Shown one piece after another: positions 8,364 to 17,533 of a DNA stretch of 64,000 nt. The notes under the pieces were generated by a model. It worked only from the letters and a program-made list of their open reading frames with translations. It searched no databases and was not told the DNA's origin. The DNA is from an uncultured Chloroflexia bacterium (GTDB lineage Bacteria > Chloroflexota > Limnocylindria > QHBO01), in assembly GCA_963695195.1 (NCBI GenBank), contig CAVOGE010000004.1, positions 24,645 to 88,644 of the forward strand, read 5' to 3'. Each line of letters begins with the position of its first letter. Position 1 is the first letter of the stretch. The position numbers and the translations under genes were made by a program.

Positions 8364-9677
8364 CTACAGCTCCAGGCTGCGCACGGTGCGGCGCATGGCG
8401 CGCTCCGCCGCACTCGCGCTGGCGTCAAGGATCAGCGCCTGGTGGGCGAGCGCCATAGGCGTCACGTCCTGGCGCGTAGTCATCTCGCCGCTGGCATCGC
8501 GCACCCCTGCCACGTCCATCGGCGACAGCGCCCGCACCTCAGGCCGCCGGGCAAACGGCAGCCGTTGCCACCATGCGTCCCCGGCGAGCGCCTCACCGAT
8601 CTGGGGCAGCTGCGCGCCGCCACCGCATAGAAAGACGCGTCCCGGGAGCAGCTCGCCCTCGGCAAGGTCGCGGATCATCAACTCGACTCCGCCGAGCCAG
8701 ACCGACGCGTCGTCGCGAAGCGCTGATTCGAGCGCCGATCGATCGATCGGCTCAGGCAACTCGTCCACCTCACCGACCGCCACCTTGAGTGTCTCTGCGC
8801 GCGGAAATGAGATCGAGAAGCGCTCGACCAGCCCCTTGGTGAAGGCGCGGCCGCCGAGCGCGAGCATCTTCGTCCCGGCGATCCCGCCGCGCCGAACCAG
8901 GGCGACGTCGGTCGTGCCACCTCCCACGTCAATGAAGACGCCACCGGCGTCGCCCATCTCGCCGGGGTCCAGGCAGGTGGCGACCGCATACGGCTCGGCG
9001 ATGACGCCCAGCAGCTCGAGGCCGAGCGCGGTGGCAACCGACTGCAGGGCGCCGAGGTGAACCATCGGCGCAAACGCGTTGAAGACCGCCAGCTCAAGCT
9101 GCGCGCCGGTGAAGCCGATCGGGTTGCTGACCGGGTAGCCGTCGATCTTCAGCTCGACCACCGCCGCATGCACCAGCCGCACGTCCAGGCGGTCGACGCC
9201 GGACTCCCACGAGATGGTCGACTCCGCCTCGATGAGGGCGTCGGCCTGGACCTGCCGCACGATCCGCCACAGTTCGTCTTCGGTCATTGCGGCACGCGGG
9301 TCGTCGCGGCGCACGGTGCGGGACACCGTAGCGCCCTTCACCAGCTCCCCGGCAATGCCGATCACTGCGGCGGTCGGGTGCAGTCCAGCCATCTGCCGTG
9401 CGTCGTCGAGGGCATGGGCGCAGTTGGCCACGACGGCGTCGATATCGCTCACCGTCCCGGACTGCATGTGAGTCAGCCCCTGGCGCCGGCGCCCCGAGCC
9501 CCGCACGATGCCCACGAAGCGGCCTTCGTCGATCGGGGTGATGGCCACTACCAGCGCTTTGGCGAACTCGGTGCCGACGTCGAGCGCGACCAGCGCGGGC
9601 TCACCGCGCGAGCGGAGGCGCAACCGGGCGCCGAGGCGCGGCACCCGCGCGGCCAGGTCTGCGAGGCGCGCCTGCAC
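8364..9677 (-). CDS. FtsA/PilM-like actin-superfamily ATPase
   Basis: 437-aa ORF with actin-fold phosphate motifs: ALDVGTEFAKALVV, GVFIDVGGGTTDVALV and FLCGGGAQLPQI. Only 5 nt separate it from the downstream membrane-protein gene. Confidence 0.8.
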   Translation of the reverse strand: MQARLADLAARVPRLGARLRLRSRGEPALVALDVGTEFAKALVVAITPIDEGRFVGIVRGSGRRRQGLTHMQSGTVSDIDAVVANCAHALDDARQMAGLHPTAAVIGIAGELVKGATVSRTVRRDDPRAAMTEDELWRIVRQVQADALIEAESTISWESGVDRLDVRLVHAAVVELKIDGYPVSNPIGFTGAQLELAVFNAFAPMVHLGALQSVATALGLELLGVIAEPYAVATCLDPGEMGDAGGVFIDVGGGTTDVALVRRGGIAGTKMLALGGRAFTKGLVERFSISFPRAETLKVAVGEVDELPEPIDRSALESALRDDASVWLGGVELMIRDLAEGELLPGRVFLCGGGAQLPQIGEALAGDAWWQRLPFARRPEVRALSPMDVAGVRDASGEMTTRQDVTPMALAHQALILDASASAAERAMRRTVRSLEL

Positions 9678-9703
9678 CGTCGTGCGGGCCGCCGGCTGCC
9701 CGG

Positions 9704-12361
9704 TCAGCCCGTCTCGATCCGGGCCAGCGCCTCGAGCGCCAGCCGCGCGGCCTCCTGCAGGGCAGGCTCCAGGCCGCTCGAATCCTTGCCGCCGGCCTGC
9801 GCCAGCTCGGCCCGGCCTCCGCCGCCGCCGCCGATACGGGGGGCCACCTGACGCACGATCGCAACCGCGTCGAAGCCCTCGGCCACGAGGTCACGACTGG
9901 CGGCGACCAGGAGTGCCGGCCCGTCCAGGTTGCCGGCCGCAACCGCCACGAACCGCCCGGCCGCCGCGCGCAGATCGTCGGCGAAGTCGCGCAGCGCGGC
10001 CGCATCGGCCGTCGGGAAGTGCTCGATCACCACCTGGGTGTCGCCGGCGGCCTGCGACCGCGTGAGCGCGGCTACCGCGTCCGGCCGAGCGCCGGAGGTA
10101 TCGCCTCGTGGTACGCGTGACGCCTTCTCCGCCTCGCGATTGCGCACCAGGAGCGCCTCGATACGTGCGGGAACCTGATCCTCGGCGGCGCCCAGCAGCT
10201 GGGCGGCGGCATGCAACGCCTCGCGCTGTCGCGCCACCAGCTCCTCGGCGCCCTCGCCGGTCACCGCCTCGATGCGGCGCAAACCTGCGCCGATGCTGCT
10301 CTCGCCGATGATGCGGAACGAACCGATCTGGCCGGTCGACGCGACATGCGTGCCGCCGCACAGCTCCTTGCTGAACCCGTCGACCTGGACCACGCGAACC
10401 GCGGCGGGGAGGTACTTCTCGCCGAAGAACATGTCGGCGCCCAGCTGCTGCGCATCCTCCAGGCTCATCTGCGTCGGCGTTACCGCGGCGTTGCGCCGAA
10501 TCTGCGCATTCACCGCGCGCTCCACTTCGCGCAGCGCCTCGCGTGGCGTCGCCTGTTCTGCCGGGAAGTCGAAGCGCAGCCCCTCCGGGCCAACCCAGCT
10601 GCCGGCCTGCTTGGCATGCTCGCCGAGCACGTCGCGCAGCGCGCGGTGCAGCAGGTGCGTGCCGGTATGGTTGCGGGCGGCCGCCCAGCGGCGCTCCTCG
10701 TCCACGCGCGCCGCGACGCTTGCCCCGGCAGCGATCTGGCCCTCGAGCCGACCAACGTGCACGATCGCGTCGCCGACACGCTGCGTATCATCAACCAGCA
10801 GCCTCCCGCTCGGTCCGACCAGCTCTCCGCGGTCGCCGATCTGACCGCCACCCTCCGCATAGAACGGGGTACGGTCGAGCACGACCTGAAGCTGCCCGTC
10901 CAGGTCGGCCACGGCGAGCACCAGCAGGTCGTCCGTCTGGGTCTCATTGGGGTAGCCGATGAACTCGCTCGCCAGCCCCTCGAGTGCGGCATGCGGCGCA
11001 AAGCGGCCGGCCCGCGAGCCACGGGAGCGTTCGCGCTGCTCGGCCATCGCCGCTTCGAACCCGTCGCGGTCGACCGAGACGCCGCTCTCGGACGCGATCT
11101 CCACGGTGAGATCGATCGGGAAGCCGAACGTGTCGTGCAGGCGGAACGCCTCGTCGCCGCTGATCGCTCCGGCCGCACCGGCGGCCTCGACCAGGACTTC
11201 CAGCCGCTCACTCCCCGCCTCCAGCGTGCGCGCGAACCTTCGCTCCTCCGCATCCACCTCGGCCAGCACGGCGGCGCGCTGCTCGGCGAGATACGGGTAG
11301 GCGTCGCCCATCAGGTCGATCACCGCCGCGCAGGTCTCGGCCAGCACCGGCTCGCGGATCCCCATCAGCCGCAGGTGGCGCACCGCCCGCCGCATGATCC
11401 GGCGGAGAACGTATCCCGCCCCCTCATTCGACGGGTGCACCCCCTCGGCCAGCAGGAAGGTCATCGCACGGCTGTGGTCGGCCACCACCTGGTAGCTGAA
11501 GCGCTCGCTCTCGACCGTCTGCGGGTCGTGGCCGAGGTGCGTTGCCAGCCGCTCGATGATCGGGGTGAACAGGTCAGTCTGGTAGTTGCTGTCGACCCCC
11601 TGGACCGCCGACGCGATGCGCTCCAGTCCCATGCCGGTATCGACGCTCTGGAACGGCAGGGGCGTCAGGCTCCCGTCGGCCGCCTTGTCGTACTGCATGA
11701 AGACCAGGTTCCACACCTCGAGCCAGCGGGGGCAGGTCTCCGAGTGGTCCGGGACGCATTCCGGGCCCTCGCTCAGCTCGGCGCCGCGGTCGATGTGGAT
11801 CTCGCTGCAGGGGCCGCACGGGCCGGTGTCGGCCATCTGCCAGAAGTTGTGATCGTCGCCGGCGGCGATATTCCCCCACCGCGCCATCCGCTCGGGCGGC
11901 AGCCCGATCTCCTCGGTCCAGATGCGGTACGCCTCGTCGTCATCGGTGTAGACCGTCGCGGCCAGCCGCTCTGGCGGGATCTGCAGCTCCTCGGTCAGGA
12001 ACTCCCACGCCCAGTGGATCGCCTCGCGCTTGAAGTAGTCGCCGAAGCTCCAATTGCCGAGCATCTCGAACAGCGTCTGGTGGCGCGGCGTGCGCCCGAC
12101 CTCTTCGAAGTCGTTGTGCTTGCCGGCCACGCGCAGGCAGGGCTGAGCGTCGACCGCTCGTCGGTAATCGCGCCGCTCCTCCCCGGTCAGGACGCGCTTG
12201 AACTGGACCATCCCCGAGTTGGTGAAGAGCAGCGTCGGATCGTTGCGCGCAAGCAGCGGCGCCGGAGGCACGCGCGTGTGCCCCCGCTCCTCGAAGAAGC
12301 GCTGGAAGCGCTCGCGGATGTCACCCGCGCTGATCGACTGCATCGGTGTCTGAGCCCTCAC
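9704..12361 (-). CDS. alaS: Alanyl-tRNA synthetase
   Basis: 885-aa ORF showing IRERFQRFFEERGHTRVP, FTNSGM, the editing-domain HTGTHLLH and CGGTHV, and a C-terminal DHHA1-like region. The start could instead be the Met 6 codons downstream. Confidence 0.96.
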   Translation of the reverse strand: MRAQTPMQSISAGDIRERFQRFFEERGHTRVPPAPLLARNDPTLLFTNSGMVQFKRVLTGEERRDYRRAVDAQPCLRVAGKHNDFEEVGRTPRHQTLFEMLGNWSFGDYFKREAIHWAWEFLTEELQIPPERLAATVYTDDDEAYRIWTEEIGLPPERMARWGNIAAGDDHNFWQMADTGPCGPCSEIHIDRGAELSEGPECVPDHSETCPRWLEVWNLVFMQYDKAADGSLTPLPFQSVDTGMGLERIASAVQGVDSNYQTDLFTPIIERLATHLGHDPQTVESERFSYQVVADHSRAMTFLLAEGVHPSNEGAGYVLRRIMRRAVRHLRLMGIREPVLAETCAAVIDLMGDAYPYLAEQRAAVLAEVDAEERRFARTLEAGSERLEVLVEAAGAAGAISGDEAFRLHDTFGFPIDLTVEIASESGVSVDRDGFEAAMAEQRERSRGSRAGRFAPHAALEGLASEFIGYPNETQTDDLLVLAVADLDGQLQVVLDRTPFYAEGGGQIGDRGELVGPSGRLLVDDTQRVGDAIVHVGRLEGQIAAGASVAARVDEERRWAAARNHTGTHLLHRALRDVLGEHAKQAGSWVGPEGLRFDFPAEQATPREALREVERAVNAQIRRNAAVTPTQMSLEDAQQLGADMFFGEKYLPAAVRVVQVDGFSKELCGGTHVASTGQIGSFRIIGESSIGAGLRRIEAVTGEGAEELVARQREALHAAAQLLGAAEDQVPARIEALLVRNREAEKASRVPRGDTSGARPDAVAALTRSQAAGDTQVVIEHFPTADAAALRDFADDLRAAAGRFVAVAAGNLDGPALLVAASRDLVAEGFDAVAIVRQVAPRIGGGGGGRAELAQAGGKDSSGLEPALQEAARLALEALARIETG

Positions 12362-12427
12362 TCACGGCGAGAGCCGGCGGTGACCGGCTCTCGACTCCTC
12401 GTGCTCAATTGCGTCGGGGATGACCGG

Positions 12428-12691
12428 TCAGGAGGCGCCCTCCGGCGCGGCGTCACCTTCAGCGGCATCGTACGCGGTCATCATCTCGGCGCGCGCCTTC
12501 TCGGCGGCGGCACGACCCTCGTTGATCGCCTCGTCGAAGGCCGCCTTCTTCTCGCCGACGAACTCGCCGACCTGCCCGCGCAGCTCATCGCCCGAGGCGG
12601 GAGCCAGGAGCATGCCGATGGCGGCACCGATGAGTCCACCGATAACCATCCCGGCGAGGAAGCTGCCGAATCCCGAGTCCTTCATGCCCAT
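12428..12691 (-). CDS. YtxH-like small membrane/stress protein
   Basis: 87-aa internal start MGMKDSGFGSFLAGMVIGGLIGAAIGMLLAPASGDELRGQV... followed by a helical Ala/Glu-rich tail, the pattern of the YtxH family. Confidence 0.7.
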   Translation of the reverse strand: MGMKDSGFGSFLAGMVIGGLIGAAIGMLLAPASGDELRGQVGEFVGEKKAAFDEAINEGRAAAEKARAEMMTAYDAAEGDAAPEGAS

Positions 12692-12719
12692 CGTCCTCTG
12701 CGGCGTCGTGGGGCAGATT

Positions 12720-13019
12720 CTACCGGTCGCGACGCGACCCGTCCGATGGCTCGGCCGGGCGCGACGGCCCGAGGTGACCCAACAGGTCGGTGGCGAGCAT
12801 CGCCAGTTGTGCAATGACCGACGCGGCGACCAGGTGGAAGTCACCGACCCGCACGATCTCCAGGCCGGTTCGCTGCGCGATCGCGTTGCCCGCGGCGGTC
12901 CCGATGACGGCGGCAACCGCGAGCGGCAGGAACATGCGGTCCCATCGCCCCCGCAGGGCGATGAAGGCCGACAGGTTGATGGCGGCCACCATCGCCACCA
13001 GGAGCAGCCAGGGTGTCAC
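12720..13019 (-). CDS. Small hydrophobic membrane protein (unknown)
   Basis: The GTG start (VTPWLLLVAMVAAINLSAFIAL...) overlaps the mnmA stop as GTGA. About 3 predicted TM helices. I recognise no family. Confidence 0.55.
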   Translation of the reverse strand: MTPWLLLVAMVAAINLSAFIALRGRWDRMFLPLAVAAVIGTAAGNAIAQRTGLEIVRVGDFHLVAASVIAQLAMLATDLLGHLGPSRPAEPSDGSRRDR

Positions 13020-14104
13020 GCCGCGCCGACGATGCGGCCGCCGCCGAGGCACTCCTCCCCGTCGTACAGGACGGCTGCCTGGCCGGGCGCCGGCGCCCAT
13101 ACCGGTTCTGCCGTTTCGACCTCGAACCGTTGGTCGCCGACCAGGGTGACCTCGCAGGGCACGTCGATCCCTCGATGGCGGATGCGAACCGATGCGCTGA
13201 AGCGGTCACTCGGCGCGTTGCCGGCGACGAAGCGACGACCGTCGACGCTGAAGCGACGCGCGGCGATCTCGTCGCGACGGCCGATCACCACCGTGTTCGT
13301 GGCGGGGCGCACCTCGCGAACGAAGACCGGCTCGCCGAGCGCCAGGCCGAGGCCGTGCCGCTGTCCGACCGTGTAGTGCGCATACCCGGTGTGCACGCCG
13401 AGCTCCGTGCCGTCGCCATCCACGATCGGTCCGGGGTCGCCGGTGTAGCCGCGCCGCTCGGCCAGCAGGTCCCGATAGTTGCCGGCCGGTACGAAGCAGA
13501 TCTCCTGGCTCTCCGGCTTGTCCGCGGTCGGCAGTCCGAGGTCGGTGGCGATGCGGCGTACCTGCGGCTTGGTCAGCTCGCCCAGCGGGAAGCGGGTGTG
13601 CGCCAGCTGCTCCTGGTCGAGGACCCAGAGGAAGTAGGTCTGGTCCTTGTCGGCATCCGCCGCCCGCAGCAGTCGGTAGCGGCCGTTGCGGTGTTCGAGG
13701 CGGGCATAGTGTCCGGTTGCCACCGCATCGGCGCCGTACGCGGAGAGCCCGCGACGCAGCAGCTCGTCGAACTTGATGTACTGGTTGCAGGCCTGGCACG
13801 GATTCGGCGTCGCGCCAGCAAGGTAGCCGTCGGCGAAGGCGTCAATCACCCGCTCCTCGAACGAGCGCTCCAGGTTGAGGGCAAAGAAGGGAATCTCCAG
13901 CATCTGGGCGACCCGCCGGGCGTCATCGTGGGCGTCGGGTGTGCAGCAGCTGCGACGCTGCTCGTAGCCCTCGCCGACGTCCGCGTGCAGTCGCATCCAG
14001 ACGCCGATGACCTCCTCCCCGGTCGTGCCGGCCGCCTGCGCGAGCAGTGCCGCTGCCACGCTCGAGTCGACCCCGCCGCTCATGGCGGCCACCACGCGTG
14101 CCAT
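13016..14104 (-). CDS. mnmA: tRNA-specific 2-thiouridylase MnmA
   Basis: 362-aa internal start MARVVAAMSGGVDSSVAAALL (PP-loop SGGVDS), with NPCQACNQYIKF and ATGHYAR motifs. The start shares 1 nt with the cysteine desulfurase stop. Confidence 0.93.
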   Translation of the reverse strand: MARVVAAMSGGVDSSVAAALLAQAAGTTGEEVIGVWMRLHADVGEGYEQRRSCCTPDAHDDARRVAQMLEIPFFALNLERSFEERVIDAFADGYLAGATPNPCQACNQYIKFDELLRRGLSAYGADAVATGHYARLEHRNGRYRLLRAADADKDQTYFLWVLDQEQLAHTRFPLGELTKPQVRRIATDLGLPTADKPESQEICFVPAGNYRDLLAERRGYTGDPGPIVDGDGTELGVHTGYAHYTVGQRHGLGLALGEPVFVREVRPATNTVVIGRRDEIAARRFSVDGRRFVAGNAPSDRFSASVRIRHRGIDVPCEVTLVGDQRFEVETAEPVWAPAPGQAAVLYDGEECLGGGRIVGAA

Positions 14105-15276
14105 CAGGCCGATGCCACCGCGTCGTGAGGCGCCCCGGCGTCCCGCATCCGCCCAACCACGGACGTGATCACCTCGACGGTGCGGTCCACCTCGGCCGTG
14201 GTCGTGGAGCGCCCCGCGGTCAGTCGCAGCGACCCGTGCGCGCGCTGCGCATCGAAGCCCATCGCCAGCAGGACGTGGCTCGGATCGGTCGCGCCGCTCG
14301 TGCAGGCACTGCCGGTGCTCGCCGCGATGCCGTCGAGGTCGAGCGCCGCGACCAGGTCGCCACCCTCCACGCCGTCGACCAGCAGGCTCGCGTTGTTCGG
14401 CAGCCGCTCGACCGGGTGGCCGGTCACCTCGACTCCGGGAAGCGCCGAGCACCCGGCCAGCAACCGGTCGCGCAGCGCGGCCAGGCGGGCATTCTCGGCA
14501 TCGCGCCCTGCCGCATCCGCCTGCGCGAGGTCCAGGGCGCGGGCAAAGCCGACGATCCCCGCCACGTTCTCCGTCCCGGCGCGGCGCTGCCGCTCGTGGG
14601 AGCCGCCCTGCAGCTGCGGCAGCAGGGCCGTCCCCTGCCGCACGAAGAGGGCACCAACGCCCTTCGGGCCATACAGCTTGTGCGCGCCGAGCGAGAGCAG
14701 GTCGACGCCGAGGCCATCCACGTCGAGCGGCAGGAAGCCGGCGGCCTGTACGGCATCGGTATGGAAGAGCACCCCGCGCTCGCGGCAGATGGCGCCGATC
14801 TCGGCGATCGGCTGGATGGTGCCCACCTCGTTGTTGGCGTACATGACCGACACCAGCGTGGTGCGATCGGTGATCGCTGCGGCTACAGCGTCTGGATCCA
14901 CCCGGCCAAATCGGTCCACCAGCAGGTAGGTCACCTCGAACCCGGAGCGCTCCAGGATGGCGCAGGAGTTGAGCACCGCCTTGTGCTCCACGGAGCTGAT
15001 GATGATGTGGCGGCCGCGCGCGCTCGCCGCCCATGCGACCCCCTTGACCGCCAGGTTGTCCGACTCACTGCCGCCGCCGGTGAACACGATCTCGCGCGGC
15101 CTTGCGCCAACGATCCGAGCGACGCTTTCCCGCGCTTCATCGAGCCCCTGCCGCGCCCGGCGCCCCGAGGCGTGCAGGCTCGATGGGTTGCCGTAATGCT
15201 CTGTCAGGAATGGCAACATCGCCTCGAGCACGTCGGGATGCAGCGGTGTCGTGGCAGCGTGGTCGAGGTAGATCAT
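14104..15276 (-). CDS. iscS: Cysteine desulfurase (NifS/IscS class)
   Basis: 390-aa ORF starting MIYLDHAATTP, with the PLP-lysine region LGAHKLYGPKG and the active-site STGSACTSG. It is paired with mnmA, as is common. Confidence 0.9.
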   Translation of the reverse strand: MIYLDHAATTPLHPDVLEAMLPFLTEHYGNPSSLHASGRRARQGLDEARESVARIVGARPREIVFTGGGSESDNLAVKGVAWAASARGRHIIISSVEHKAVLNSCAILERSGFEVTYLLVDRFGRVDPDAVAAAITDRTTLVSVMYANNEVGTIQPIAEIGAICRERGVLFHTDAVQAAGFLPLDVDGLGVDLLSLGAHKLYGPKGVGALFVRQGTALLPQLQGGSHERQRRAGTENVAGIVGFARALDLAQADAAGRDAENARLAALRDRLLAGCSALPGVEVTGHPVERLPNNASLLVDGVEGGDLVAALDLDGIAASTGSACTSGATDPSHVLLAMGFDAQRAHGSLRLTAGRSTTTAEVDRTVEVITSVVGRMRDAGAPHDAVASA

Positions 15277-15283
15277 CGAGCGC

Positions 15284-16726
15284 TCAGCAGACCGGTACCG
15301 GCGTGGCGGAGGAGGGTGCCCCCGACGGCACGGGCGTCGGCGATGGCTGGTTGCGGAACGGCGTTCGGACCATGGTGCGGATCAGGTTGATGCTTTCGAT
15401 GTCGAGGTGCTCCCGAATCTCGGGCGGCCAGAACTGGTAGCGCGCTATGGCGCCCGAATCGACGCGAGCGGCGAGGGAGAAGAGCTCGGGAAGCTGCGAG
15501 ACAGGCACGTTGGTCCAGAGTGAGTCCTTGGCGACATCGAGCAGTTCGAAGATCCTCGGGATGAGCACGCACGGGTCGAGCTGACGACGCAGCGCCCGCA
15601 GGACCAGCTGCTGGCGATCCATCCGGTTGTAATCGTTGTCCTGGTGTCGTGAGCGCGCGTACGCCAGCGTGGTCCAGCCGTTCATGTGCTGCTGGCCGGC
15701 AGGGATCCAGAGCTTGACGTTCCTGCCCCCATCGGGCGGCGGGTACCGCTCGTCGTAGACCGAATACGGGACGTTGATGTCCACGCCACCGAGCTGGTCG
15801 ACCAGCCGCACGAACCCCTGCAGCGTGACGACCACCTGCCCATCGATCTGCAGCCCGGTGAGCTTGGCGATCGCGTCCTGCACCGCGATGTAGCCCCGGT
15901 TGTCGTCCGAGCCGGGGAACCATTCCGGATGGGCGCTGGCGTAGGTGAAGAGCGAGTTCAGCAGTTCGGGGTAGCAGCGGCAGTCGAACGCCCCGTCGGG
16001 GCCAGTCGGCAGCGGCACATGGGTCAGGTTGCGCGGGATACCGAACATCGCCGAGCGACCGGTGGCAACGTCCACGCTGAGCAGGATCATGGTGTCGGTG
16101 CGCAGGCTCCAGCGACCCGGACCCGCGTCGCCGCCGATGAGCAGCAGGTCCAGGCGCCCGTTGTCGGACCAGACGGGCAGCGGGGTCGGTTCGGGAGTGG
16201 GTGCCCGGGTGGGCGTGGGGACCGCGGACGGATCGACCGTGCCGGCCGGAGTGGGGCTCGGGGTTGCGGTTGCCTCGGTGTCGTGGGTGACCGCGGCCAC
16301 CGTGTCGTAGGTCTTGTAGGTGACCAGCCCGAACCACGAGTGCATCAGTAGCGTGACGCCCAGCAGCACGCCAAGGCCGACCAGCCCCGGTCCGTTGCGC
16401 GCCGCCGTGCCGTCCGAAGGCCAGCGGCGTCGGGCCAGCCGGAAGGCGTCCACGATGGCGCCGGACCGATACGCCAGCAGGATCACGTTCCCCACCAGCA
16501 GACCGATCAGGACACTGGGCTGGAGCAGCAGTCCGGCGATGCGGTACGAGCCCTGGGTGACGACCACCAGCAGACCGATGCCGGCAAGGAGCATGATCGG
16601 CGCGGCCATGATGATCGCCCGGCGCCGGGCACCGGTCCAGCCCTGGCCGAGGCCGGGCAGAACGAAGGAGAGTGCGGCGGCGAGCACGGCCGAGCGCCGA
16701 ATCGCCGCGATCACGCGGGACGTCAC
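15284..16726 (-). CDS. LCP (LytR-CpsA-Psr) family cell-envelope phosphotransferase
   Basis: 480-aa ORF with N-terminal TM helices, a Pro/Thr linker, and the LCP core LLLIGGDAGPGRWSLRTDTMILLSVD...FGIPRN. GTG start. Confidence 0.85.
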   Translation of the reverse strand: MTSRVIAAIRRSAVLAAALSFVLPGLGQGWTGARRRAIIMAAPIMLLAGIGLLVVVTQGSYRIAGLLLQPSVLIGLLVGNVILLAYRSGAIVDAFRLARRRWPSDGTAARNGPGLVGLGVLLGVTLLMHSWFGLVTYKTYDTVAAVTHDTEATATPSPTPAGTVDPSAVPTPTRAPTPEPTPLPVWSDNGRLDLLLIGGDAGPGRWSLRTDTMILLSVDVATGRSAMFGIPRNLTHVPLPTGPDGAFDCRCYPELLNSLFTYASAHPEWFPGSDDNRGYIAVQDAIAKLTGLQIDGQVVVTLQGFVRLVDQLGGVDINVPYSVYDERYPPPDGGRNVKLWIPAGQQHMNGWTTLAYARSRHQDNDYNRMDRQQLVLRALRRQLDPCVLIPRIFELLDVAKDSLWTNVPVSQLPELFSLAARVDSGAIARYQFWPPEIREHLDIESINLIRTMVRTPFRNQPSPTPVPSGAPSSATPVPVC

Positions 16727-16766
16727 GGCGGGAGTCTACGACGCACACGGGAAAGAGGTTGGCAGC

Positions 16767-17150
16767 ATGATCGTTCGGTCCCTTGAAGAAGTCACCGGCA
16801 CGGAACGCGACGTACACGGCGATGGCTGGCGGAGTCAGCGCCTGCTGCTGCGTCGCGATGGCCTGGGCTTCTCGCTGCACAACACGACCGTGGCGGCCGG
16901 AGCCGAGATGGAGATGGAGTACCGGAACCACCTTGAGGCCTGCTACGTGATGGCCGGTGAAGCGGAGTTGACCGATCTGGCCAGCGGCGCACGTCACGCC
17001 CTCGGACCGGGGATGGTCTACGCCCTCGACCAGCACGATCGGCACACGTTGCGCGTCGTCTCGGAGCTTGCGCTCGTGTGCGTGTTCAACCCAGCGCTGA
17101 CCGGCGGCGAGACGCACGACGATTCAGGGAGCTTCCCGGCGAGCGACTGA
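16767..17150 (+). CDS. ectC: EctC-type cupin (L-ectoine synthase family), solitary
   Basis: The 127-aa product MIVRSLEEVTGTERDV..WRSQRLLLRRDGLGFSLHNTTV..G.E..YRNHLEACYVMAGEAE...PGMVYALDQHDRHTLR..LVCVFNPALTGGETHDDSGSF matches the EctC pattern along its full length. A GAAAGAGG Shine-Dalgarno lies 8 nt upstream of the ATG at 16767. Confidence 0.85.
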   Translation: MIVRSLEEVTGTERDVHGDGWRSQRLLLRRDGLGFSLHNTTVAAGAEMEMEYRNHLEACYVMAGEAELTDLASGARHALGPGMVYALDQHDRHTLRVVSELALVCVFNPALTGGETHDDSGSFPASD

Positions 17151-17287
17151 GGGCCGGGGACGCCAGCGCGGTTCGCTTGCCTCTCAGCCGCGATGGCGGC
17201 AGCAGCGAGGGACCGGTTCCCACAGCCTCGTGATGAGGTCGATGTCCGCCGCATGGGTGACGAAGTCCTCCGCACGCCCTTTCAGCG

Positions 17288-17533
17288 TCAGCAGCGCCAA
17301 TCCCTCGCCGGTGTCGATCGCGGGAGGTGATCGATCCGCCGGTCCAGCGCCTGAGGAACCGCCAAAGGCCGATAACGCGTCAGCGCATCGGCATCCGCGC
17401 GCAGGCGACCCTCGAACTTCTGGCAGGCGTCGCAGCCGGCCCGGTGGCGCTGCAGCTCGATCGCGTCATCGGCCTCAAGCGGCCCGTCGAAGGCCGTCGC
17501 GGCAAGGCGGCGGAAGGCCTCGTGGGCAATCAT
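17288..17533 (-). CDS. Short zf-HC2-type anti-sigma-factor-like protein (possibly a remnant)
   Basis: MIAHEAFRRLAATAFDGPLEADDAIELQRHRAGCDACQKFEGRL carries the H-x3-C-x2-C anti-sigma zinc motif. There is no TM segment. A different frame stays open past the stop (…PPAIDTGEGLALLTLKGRAEDFVTHAADIDLITRLW…), hinting at a 3' frame break. Confidence 0.5.
   Translation of the reverse strand: MIAHEAFRRLAATAFDGPLEADDAIELQRHRAGCDACQKFEGRLRADADALTRYRPLAVPQALDRRIDHLPRSTPARDWRC

Noticed and set aside
10211-12817. 868-aa plus-strand ORF. Similar very long ORFs include 17995..20016 (+), 21721..23679 (+), 32995..35409 (+), 54128..56302 (+) and 58026..60365 (+).
   Set aside because: Each lies antisense to a confidently identified housekeeping gene (alaS, aspS, relA, topA, ftsH, gcvT-like/tilS). 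Their translations are Arg/Gly/Pro/His-rich low-complexity strings typical of shadow ORFs in high-GC DNA.
15273-17117. 614-aa minus-strand ORF.
   Set aside because: It is an out-of-frame shadow of the LCP gene and antisense to ectC, with no recognisable motifs.
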